A stretch of 36,624 bases of DNA from Anaerolineae bacterium (GCA_049975025.1 JBNGDU010000116.1:1-36624); one strand, 5' to 3'; positions 7,629 to 14,494 are shown, counted from the stretch's first letter. Made by a program: numbers and translations. The notes: a model not told the origin generated them from the sequence alone.

Positions 7629-8474
7629 CTACAGCTCGGCGGCGTACGCGACGCCGCGTTGGAGCAGACTGAGCCCTAAGTTCCCTCGCTGACCTCGGGT
7701 CCAGCGGGGATGCTGCTCCGGGTAGATATGATCCTCAGGGTGGGGCATCAGGCCGAAGACGGTGCCTTGCACATTGCAGATGCCGGCGATGTCCGCGGTG
7801 GAGCCGTTGGGGTTGTCGGGATACTCGGGCGCCCCGCCGCTAGCGGTAGTATAGGTGAGCGCGATCTGGTTGGCGTTGCGCAGCGATGCCAGCACGTCGT
7901 CGTTGCGAGGCACAAAACGGCCCTCGCCGTGGGCCACGGGACACGTGATGCGCTCCGAGAGGCCGCGGGTGAAGACGCACGGGCTCTCGCGGTTGGGCTC
8001 CAGCCAGACCCACCGGCACTCGAAGCGGTTCGAGACGTTCCGCGTGAGCGTGGCGCGCCCCTGTTCTCTGGAGGCGGCTGCCGCCATATCTGGAGACGTG
8101 TCTGCGGACGTGTCTGCGGACCCTGACGCTATCCCGGCTTCGGGTCCCGGAAGCCAGCCGCTTTTGACGAGCGCCTGAAAGCCGTTGCAGATGCCGAGGA
8201 CAGGTTTCCCCGTCTCGACGAAGCGGGCCAGGTGCTCTTGGAAGAGCCACCGCATATCGATTGCCAGCAACCTGCCGGCGCCCAAGGCATCGCCGTAGGA
8301 AAAGCCGCCGGGCAGTACCAACATCTGGAAGTCGTGCAGGCGGTCTGGGCTCTCGCGAAGCTCGTTGACGTGCAGGATCTCGGGAGCCCCGCCGGCAACG
8401 GTAATGGCCTCAGCGGCGTCGCCGTCCCGGTTGGTACCGGTGGCCTGCAGAATCAAGACGTTCGGTCGGGTCAA
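7629..8474 (-). CDS. purQ: Phosphoribosylformylglycinamidine synthase, glutaminase subunit
   Basis: GATase1 catalytic residues are in GICNGFQ (Cys) and MPHPE (His/Glu). The ORF-track start is GTG 8486. I prefer TTG 8474 because GGAGG (8484-8480) lies 5 nt upstream. Confidence 0.9.
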   Translation of the reverse strand: MTRPNVLILQATGTNRDGDAAEAITVAGGAPEILHVNELRESPDRLHDFQMLVLPGGFSYGDALGAGRLLAIDMRWLFQEHLARFVETGKPVLGICNGFQALVKSGWLPGPEAGIASGSADTSADTSPDMAAAASREQGRATLTRNVSNRFECRWVWLEPNRESPCVFTRGLSERITCPVAHGEGRFVPRNDDVLASLRNANQIALTYTTASGGAPEYPDNPNGSTADIAGICNVQGTVFGLMPHPEDHIYPEQHPRWTRGQRGNLGLSLLQRGVAYAAEL

Positions 8475-8670
8475 GAAAGCCTCCACGATCGCACCGTCGT
8501 GCGTCCCACCTGCGCAAGGCGTGGTCTGTAGTGCTGGTGGGGTGCACCTGCATCCGTGGGATGTCTCGCGATCAGGCGCAACGCACTCAGGTTCAAGACT
8601 TCATCACCGGGGCGATGGAGCGCCATAAACGTGTCTCTCGATTTAGTCCTCTCGCATGTGCGTCGCACCA
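8475..8670 (-). promoter_or_regulatory. Conserved intercistronic element, copy 2 (purL-purQ spacer); candidate structured RNA
   Basis: Boxes, in order: GGTGCGACGCAC (8669-8658), GGTGATGAAGTCTTGAACCTGAGTGCGTTGCGCC (8608-8575), hairpin GCGCCTG/CAGGTGC (8579-8544) with inner CATCC-cac-GGATG, GTGCACCCCACCA (8547-8535), GGTGGGACGCAC (8510-8499) and GGTGCGA (8495-8489). GGAGG follows (8484-8480). Confidence 0.45.
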
Positions 8671-11628
8671 CTACACAATCTCCGCGGACTGCCAAGCTTC
8701 GACGAGGTCATCGACGGCGGCCTCAATTGCCGCCTGACCGTCGAGCCCTTCCATTCTCAGCACGGGCGACTCGGTCACTACCCCGATGCGGGCGCAAGGT
8801 CGCCCCACCATCTGAGCCTCGAAGGCCTCGGCGTCCTCAGACGACACCTCGACCAGGAAGCGGCTGTTGCTCTCGGAGAAGAGCAGGGCCCGAGCGGTGT
8901 CAACCACACGGTCGGCATCCATCGCCGGATTGCGCATCATCTTGATCAGTTCTAACTGCAAACCCATCCGACCTGCGATCGCCATCTCCGCGGCGGCGAC
9001 CGCAAGGCCGCCCTCCGAGAGATCGTGGATCGCCCGCACGTATCCTGTACTGACGGCGCTGTGGAGGGCCCGGAAGGTCTGCGGTGCGTCAGCGACTGGA
9101 GTTGGGGGGGCGCCGCCCAAGGCGCCGTGAAGCCGGTGGTAGAGCGAACCGCCCAGCTCGGCGCGCGTCTCGCCGATCAAGTAGACGACATCGCCTGCCT
9201 GCTTCAGGTCCATCGTCACAGCTCGGGTCACGTCGGGCACAATGCCCAGCGATGAGATCAGCAGCGTCGGCGGGATTGTACGCTTGTCGCCGTGGGCGTC
9301 CACGAACTCGTTGTTGAGGCTGTCCTTGCCCGAGATGAAAGGCGTGCCATAGGCCAGGGCCGCATCATAGCAGCCCTGGGCCGCCCGCACCAGACTGCCT
9401 AGGCGATCCGGAAGGGCCGGGTTGCCCCAGCAGAAGTTGTCCAGCAGCGCGACCCTGTCGGGATCGGCCCCGACGCAGACCACGTTTCGTATGGCTTCAT
9501 CAATCGCGGCCCAGGCCATCGCGTAGGGATCGACCCTGCCGAGATGCGGATTGACGCCACAGCCGAGGGCGATACCTCGTTGCCCCTCCGCCATAAGGGG
9601 GCGCAGGACGGCAGCGTCCGAGGGACCGTCGTCGGCGACGCCAACCAAGGGTTTCACCATCGTGGCGCCTTGCACCTCGTGATCATACCGGCGGATGACG
9701 GCCTCTTTGCTGGCCACGTCGGGATGGGCTAGTGCTGCGAGGAGGATCGCGGTGAGCGACGCATCGTCCGGGATCTGAGGTGTCGGATGATCCGGCGCGG
9801 TCCAGACGGCCTCCAGCTCCGGGCGCGGCCATCCCTTGTGGACGAATGCCATCGGCATGTCGGCGACAAGCTGGTCGCCGTAGTGGACGCGGAGCTGACC
9901 GTCGCCGGTAAAGCGACCGATCACCGTCCATTCCACATTGTAGATCGCGCAGATCTCGCCTAACCGGGCCAGATTCGACTCAGGCACCGCCAAGACCATA
10001 CGCTCCTGGGCTTCGGAGAGCCAGATCTCCCATGGCCGCAGGCCCGGATACTTCAGCGGTACGTCCTGTAGTTCGACGTCGACGCCGACCTCGTGGCCCA
10101 TCTCGCCGACCGCGGAGGAGAAGCCGCCCGCGCCGCAGTCGGTGATAGCGCTGTAGAGCCCCTCGTCCCTGGCTTGCATCACGGCGTCGAGCACAGCTTT
10201 CTCCGTGATCGGATCGCCAATCTGCACCACGCTGCCGACGGTCTCACCGGTCTCGTGAGTGAGTTCAGCCGATGAGAAAGTGGCGCCGTGGAGCCCGTCG
10301 CGTCCCGTACGCCCGCCCAGCGCCACGACGAGGTCGTTGGGCTGGGGCTCCGTGCGGTGCACGCCCTTGGGCGCGATGCCCACGCAGCCACAGTAGACGA
10401 GCGGATTGGCGACGTAGTCCTCGTGGTAGAGGATCGCCCCGGAGACGGTTGGGATCCCCATTTTGTTGCCGTAGTCCTCGATCCCGGCGACGACGCCGCG
10501 CGCGATCCGCCGCGGGTGGAGCGTGCCCAGCGGGACCTCCGAGCCCCTCATATCGAGCGGGCCGAAGCACAGGACGTCGGAGTTGGCGATGGGGCGGGCG
10601 GAGACGCCGATGATATCGCGGATGACGCCACCCACGCCGGTATTTGCGCCACCGAAAGGCTCCAACGCCGATGGGTGGTTATGAGTTTCCACTTTGAATG
10701 AGATCTCGTACACGTCATCGAATTCGACGATCCCGGCGTTGTCGACAAAGGCCGAGCGAACCCACGGCCTCGCGAGGCTCTCAGTAGCCTCGCGAAGGTA
10801 GGAGCGGATTAGGCTCTCTATCGTCTCCCGGTCTCCTCGGGTCGCGGATGTGTTGCCCGCACCCTCCGCCTCCGGTCTCAAGCGCGGCATGCCGCCGCTG
10901 CAGCGGTAGTCGATCCGGGCCTTGAAGGTCTTGTGAAGGCAGTGCTCGGACCACGTCTGGGCAAGCGTCTCCAGCTCAACGTCGGTCGGTTCCCGCTCCA
11001 ACTTGCGAAACTCCCTCCGGATGGCGCGCATCTCGGGGAGCGAGAGGAAGAGGACGCGGTTGACGCTCAAGTCGACCAGTTGCGCGTCGTTGAGATCGAG
11101 CAGCGGGATTGTATCTACAGCGCTGCTGGGCGAGGCGTCCGGGACGAACTCCGGCGTCATAGGGCCCACGCTATAGGATTGGATGACCTCGTTGGCGAGG
11201 AGCTCGCCTGCGATCTGGTGGACCTCGATTGGGTCCAGTTCGCCCACGATTTCGTAGCGCTGACCCGTCGTCACGGCCTCCAGACCCTCGAGGTCGAGAA
11301 GCTTGGCCCGGCTCAGCAGATGGGTGGCGACCGGATCGGTGACCCCTGGATGGAATCCTACCTCGATCACGTGATATCCTTCTGGCGCCTGGTGAGTGGC
11401 GGGTACGGAGCTCCAACGGTACCCCTCGACAACGGGGTCAACGAGGAGCTCGGTCGCGAGGAGATCGATCTGGCCCGGGGTCAGTTTACCGCGAAGGAAG
11501 TAAAGGTTGCTGATAGCGGCGTGGTCGACTTGGTCCAGGCCCAAATGGGCGATCTGGTCCAAGAGATCGACGACGCGACCGTCGATACCTCCACGCCAGA
11601 ACACTTCAACGCGATAAGTATCTGTCAT
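8671..11628 (-). CDS. purL: Phosphoribosylformylglycinamidine synthase subunit PurL with two N-terminal PurS-like domains fused (PurS-PurS-PurL)
   Basis: 985-aa ORF. Residues ~1-75 (YRVEVFWRGG...LLVDPVVEGYRW) and ~85-160 (HVIEVGFHPGVTDP...ELLANEVIQSYSV) each look like a PurS protein. The rest is a small-type PurL: AQTWSEHCLHKTF, ETHNHPS, GGANTGVGGVIRD, and duplicated AIR-synthase-like domains. Confidence 0.9.
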   Translation of the reverse strand: MTDTYRVEVFWRGGIDGRVVDLLDQIAHLGLDQVDHAAISNLYFLRGKLTPGQIDLLATELLVDPVVEGYRWSSVPATHQAPEGYHVIEVGFHPGVTDPVATHLLSRAKLLDLEGLEAVTTGQRYEIVGELDPIEVHQIAGELLANEVIQSYSVGPMTPEFVPDASPSSAVDTIPLLDLNDAQLVDLSVNRVLFLSLPEMRAIRREFRKLEREPTDVELETLAQTWSEHCLHKTFKARIDYRCSGGMPRLRPEAEGAGNTSATRGDRETIESLIRSYLREATESLARPWVRSAFVDNAGIVEFDDVYEISFKVETHNHPSALEPFGGANTGVGGVIRDIIGVSARPIANSDVLCFGPLDMRGSEVPLGTLHPRRIARGVVAGIEDYGNKMGIPTVSGAILYHEDYVANPLVYCGCVGIAPKGVHRTEPQPNDLVVALGGRTGRDGLHGATFSSAELTHETGETVGSVVQIGDPITEKAVLDAVMQARDEGLYSAITDCGAGGFSSAVGEMGHEVGVDVELQDVPLKYPGLRPWEIWLSEAQERMVLAVPESNLARLGEICAIYNVEWTVIGRFTGDGQLRVHYGDQLVADMPMAFVHKGWPRPELEAVWTAPDHPTPQIPDDASLTAILLAALAHPDVASKEAVIRRYDHEVQGATMVKPLVGVADDGPSDAAVLRPLMAEGQRGIALGCGVNPHLGRVDPYAMAWAAIDEAIRNVVCVGADPDRVALLDNFCWGNPALPDRLGSLVRAAQGCYDAALAYGTPFISGKDSLNNEFVDAHGDKRTIPPTLLISSLGIVPDVTRAVTMDLKQAGDVVYLIGETRAELGGSLYHRLHGALGGAPPTPVADAPQTFRALHSAVSTGYVRAIHDLSEGGLAVAAAEMAIAGRMGLQLELIKMMRNPAMDADRVVDTARALLFSESNSRFLVEVSSEDAEAFEAQMVGRPCARIGVVTESPVLRMEGLDGQAAIEAAVDDLVEAWQSAEIV

Positions 11629-11751
11629 GGGCTGCGTGGGCGCCGATTTGGCGCCTCAAAGCCTCCTACCTACCAAATGTTGGGGGTAATCACTACCTTA
11701 CCCCTAGATGGAGTGGTCATTCCTTGGCTGAAACCGTAATCAAACATGAGC

Positions 11752-11779
11752 ATCATACTATAGGGAGTCGCGATGTCAA
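11752..11779 (-). promoter_or_regulatory. Candidate sigma70-type promoter of the purL operon
   Basis: Minus strand: TTGACA (11779-11774), 16-nt spacer, TATGAT (11757-11752). This predicts a 5' UTR of roughly 115 nt. Confidence 0.5.
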
Positions 11780-11792
11780 GGGGAGACGAGGA

Positions 11793-11827
11793 CGATTTAC
11801 GATTGACGATTTGCGATTTACGATTGA
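11793..11827. repeat. Five exact-period heptamers CGATTTA/CGATTGA/CGATTTG/CGATTTA/CGATTGA (minus strand: NAAATCG)
   Basis: Direct reading of cgattta cgattga cgatttg cgattta cgattga. The array starts 14 nt upstream of the purL -35 box. Its unit is related to the 575-698 array, in the opposite orientation. Confidence 0.85.
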
Positions 11828-12056
11828 TGGAAGCGCTAGACGTGGCGGCGCGCATTCTGAACGGGCGAGCCATTCCCGTAATCGATGGCGCATTCGAGAT
11901 CGGTCTCACAGGCTGCGCGGCATCGCAGAGCAGACGGCGTCAACGGAATACCTCGTCCTGGCTGTGGGTTTGATGTCGCTGCACATCTGTCATCCCAAAT
12001 ACCGGCGCGTGTCTCTTGGTCAGTTCGTCTACCGCTTCCATCAAGCGGCCCGTCCC

Positions 12057-13043
12057 TCAGTGCTCGCGGTCGCGCCCGACCGTCCCGGCGTCGGTCGTGC
12101 TCAAGAACTCCGCGACGAGAAGCTTGGCCTTGGTCACGTGATCGGGATCCGAGGCATCCAGCCAGTGGACATCCGGAGACGTGGGACGAAACCAAGTGTA
12201 CTGGCGCCGGATGAAATCGTGGGTATCGAGTTTAATACGCTCGATGACGTCCTCCAGGCTCGCCTCCCCTTCGAGGTAGGGACGGAATTGAATGTAGCCC
12301 AGGCCCGACATGGCTGGGATCTCCCAGCTATAGCCCCTTTCCAGAAGGCTTTTCACCTCTTCGACCAGACCTTGCGCCACCATTGCGTCAACACGGGCGT
12401 CCACGCGCGCGTACAGCGCATCCCGATCCATCGTCAGGCCGATCTTCAGCACGTGGTAGGGCGGCGGCACGCGTCGTCGCAGCTCAGAGAAGGGTACGCC
12501 GGACTTCAGCGTGACCTCCAGGGCGCGGATCACCCGCCGTAGGTTGTTGGGATGGATGAAGGCCTCGGCATCGGGGTCGAGCGCCATCAGGCGGTCCCAA
12601 AGGCCCTCAGGGTCGTTCTCGGCCGCGCGCTCCAGCTCCTCGCGTAGCTCAGGGTCCGGGGGGACATTGGGCACCTGCCAGCCTCGCAGCAATGCTCTGA
12701 AGTACTGCCCGGTACCTCCGACGAGGATCGGCAGCCGCTCCCGCGTCGCGATCTCCCGGATCGCGGCCCGGGCCAGCTGTAGGAACTGTGCCAGCCCCAC
12801 GGTCTCATCGGGATCTGCGAAGTCGACGAGGTGATGACGTGCAGCAGCCAGCTCCGCAGGCGTCGGCTTCGCCGTGCCGATATCCATATACCGGTAGAAC
12901 TGGCGTGAATCGACCGAGACGATCTCGCCGTCGTATGTCTGAGCGAGCTCCACACCAAGCGCCGTTTTGCCGACGCCTGTCGGTCCGATAACGGCGACAA
13001 GCGGGATGAGGTCGTTTGGATTGCCGAGGTGTTCGTCGTTCAT
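12057..13043 (-). CDS. miaA: tRNA dimethylallyltransferase
   Basis: 328-aa ORF with P-loop GPTGVGKTALGVELA, SVDSRQFYRYMDIGTAKP and the GGTGQYFRALL motif. Confidence 0.93.
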   Translation of the reverse strand: MNDEHLGNPNDLIPLVAVIGPTGVGKTALGVELAQTYDGEIVSVDSRQFYRYMDIGTAKPTPAELAAARHHLVDFADPDETVGLAQFLQLARAAIREIATRERLPILVGGTGQYFRALLRGWQVPNVPPDPELREELERAAENDPEGLWDRLMALDPDAEAFIHPNNLRRVIRALEVTLKSGVPFSELRRRVPPPYHVLKIGLTMDRDALYARVDARVDAMVAQGLVEEVKSLLERGYSWEIPAMSGLGYIQFRPYLEGEASLEDVIERIKLDTHDFIRRQYTWFRPTSPDVHWLDASDPDHVTKAKLLVAEFLSTTDAGTVGRDREH

Positions 13044-13051
13044 ATGGGGTG

Positions 13052-13080
13052 ATTCTACCGGACACGAAGCAGATGAACAA
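13052..13080 (-). promoter_or_regulatory. Candidate miaA promoter placed for a leaderless or near-leaderless transcript
   Basis: Minus strand: TTGTTC (13080-13075), 17-nt spacer, TAGAAT (13057-13052), then only 8 nt (caccccat) before ATG 13043. There is no Shine-Dalgarno. Confidence 0.4.
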
Positions 13081-13248
13081 GGCAGGAGGCGTGATGGGTG
13101 GTGACTGGTGGCGAAAGGCTGAAACGTGGGCGCATCATCTCAGAACATCCGACGGCGCGATGCGCACTTGCTCCCTCAAACACGTCCAGCACCGCAGGCC
13201 TAAGTATGAGTTTCCGACAAGCCGGCGTGTCGCCATCGGGCTGCGGAC

Positions 13249-13276
13249 TTGCATCTCCGCCGCGTTGGACTATGAT
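13249..13276 (+). promoter_or_regulatory. Candidate promoter for the C39-like peptidase gene
   Basis: TTGCAT (13249-13254), 16-nt spacer, TATGAT (13271-13276). The transcript would begin near 13283. AGGGGGG lies 9 nt upstream of ATG 13311. Confidence 0.35.
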
Positions 13277-13310
13277 CGATGCACCACAAATCTACAGGGG
13301 GGCGCACGGG

Positions 13311-13952
13311 ATGTCTTACACGATGTACTCGCAGCTTGACGACCGCTGGCAGCGTATCAAACTCGGCGAGAGTGGCTCAACGATCGGCAAATATGGGTGC
13401 TTGCTATGCGCGGTTGCCTCGGGTCTCACCGATATGGGCGTGCTTATCCACGAGCTGCCGCCCGATCCGCCCCGGTTGAACCGCTGGCTCGCGCGGAACA
13501 AGGGATTTACCGGCTCGTCAGGGCAGCGCAATCTGTTCGTCTTCGATTCGATGCGAGAGCTCGACGTGCGATTGGTTGACTACATCGACGCTCGCAGGCG
13601 AGCGGCTCCGTTCGAGCGCATCGAGCCGGCGCTGGCTCTGGACAATCGATTTGCCGTCATTCAGGTCGATTTCTCACCGGGCGGCTCCACGGCTGAGCAA
13701 CATTGGGTGCGCGCCATAACCTGGCACGACATCGACCTAAAGATCATGGATCCATGGATCGCCGGGCCAAGCCAAGAGGCCTACTTGATGACCCGTTACG
13801 CTTTGCCCTCTTGGGATGATATGTCGCGCTCGATCTACCGAATCGCGATCTACCAGTACGGAGAGGAAGAAGCTGAGTTCCCTGTGTCGACGCGCCCGCA
13901 CCTCTCGATTGTGCAGGAGGCGTTGTCGCCTTACCAGCCGTACGAGCTTTGA
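13311..13952 (+). CDS. Papain-fold (peptidase C39-like / CHAP-like) cysteine peptidase domain protein, function unknown
   Basis: The ORF is 13098-13952, with likely starts at ATG 13311 or ATG 13272. The N-terminal signature YSQLDDRW...GSTIGKYGCLLCAVA (Gln/Cys pair) is typical of C39-like peptidase domains. No signal peptide is evident. Confidence 0.55.
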   Translation: MSYTMYSQLDDRWQRIKLGESGSTIGKYGCLLCAVASGLTDMGVLIHELPPDPPRLNRWLARNKGFTGSSGQRNLFVFDSMRELDVRLVDYIDARRRAAPFERIEPALALDNRFAVIQVDFSPGGSTAEQHWVRAITWHDIDLKIMDPWIAGPSQEAYLMTRYALPSWDDMSRSIYRIAIYQYGEEEAEFPVSTRPHLSIVQEALSPYQPYEL

Positions 13953-13964
13953 GGCCGGCCCGGG

Positions 13965-14360
13965 CTATGGATTTCGAAGCAGATCCTCGGGCTCACCGTC
14001 GAGGTCAGGGTAGAGTGTGATGCGATGGAGGCGTCCCGCACGATCCAGCGCAACTGCGACAAAGGCGAGATGCCAGGAGACGATATCGGAATGTGCGTGG
14101 GTGCCCAGGTAGGTCCGCGCGACCGTCTCCATGCGGGCGAGTTTGCGGGACGTCAGACTCTCCTCAGGTGAGGGGCCCCCGGTCGTGCGACGCGTGCGCA
14201 CCTCGATGAAGTAGAGCTCGTGGTTTCGGCGCGCGACAAGATCGACCTCACCGTGCGGACAGTACCAGTTGCGTTCGATCACGGCATATCCATGTCGTCG
14301 CAGCGCCCGTACGGCTAGTGTCTCCCCCCGGCGTCCGAGACCTACCTTGCCCCGTGCCAT
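13965..14360 (-). CDS. yraN: YraN family (UPF0102) endonuclease-like protein
   Basis: The ORF is 13965-14492. I moved the start to ATG 14360 (MARGKVGLGRRGE). GETLAVRALRRHGYAVIERNW...GEVDLVA...FIEVRTR matches the YraN pattern. Confidence 0.8.
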   Translation of the reverse strand: MARGKVGLGRRGETLAVRALRRHGYAVIERNWYCPHGEVDLVARRNHELYFIEVRTRRTTGGPSPEESLTSRKLARMETVARTYLGTHAHSDIVSWHLAFVAVALDRAGRLHRITLYPDLDGEPEDLLRNP

Positions 14361-14494
14361 TATAACTGCATGGTACAGCCATCGGACGCCAGCGCAAGTC
14401 TCAGCTGTTTCTTGGTTTATTGAAGTTCTGAAGGAGCGTGGTAAGATGGGTCGAGTGCAATGGAATATCCTACGATTCACTGTCAGGCGCAAGG

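Noticed and set aside
7446-8670. The spacer elements as known purine-related riboswitches (guanine/adenine, ZTP/pfl, PRPP-ykkC, THF) or T-box leaders
   Set aside because: I could not find several key signatures. These include the ZTP CCGCCUGGGC 3' box, the purine-riboswitch loop-loop motifs, and the ykkC CUAGGGUUCCG...GGUCCGAGAG...ACACGG series (only a loose tcgagagacacg in one copy). A T-box AAnnnGGGUGGnACCGCG with terminator is also absent. This is an eye-level comparison only, and a covariance-model search is still needed.
7438-8695. The small ORFs in the two pur spacers as the missing purS genes
   Set aside because: Neither peptide resembles PurS (no V-x-V...GV-x-DP...LLAN-x-VIE-x-Y pattern). 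Two PurS domains are already fused to PurL. The ORFs are kept only as an alternative hypothesis in the findings.
10933-12542. Two + strand ORFs (10933-11739 and 11724-12542)
   Set aside because: They are antisense to purL and miaA respectively and run through the purL promoter/heptamer region. They have no recognisable motifs or ribosome-binding sites.
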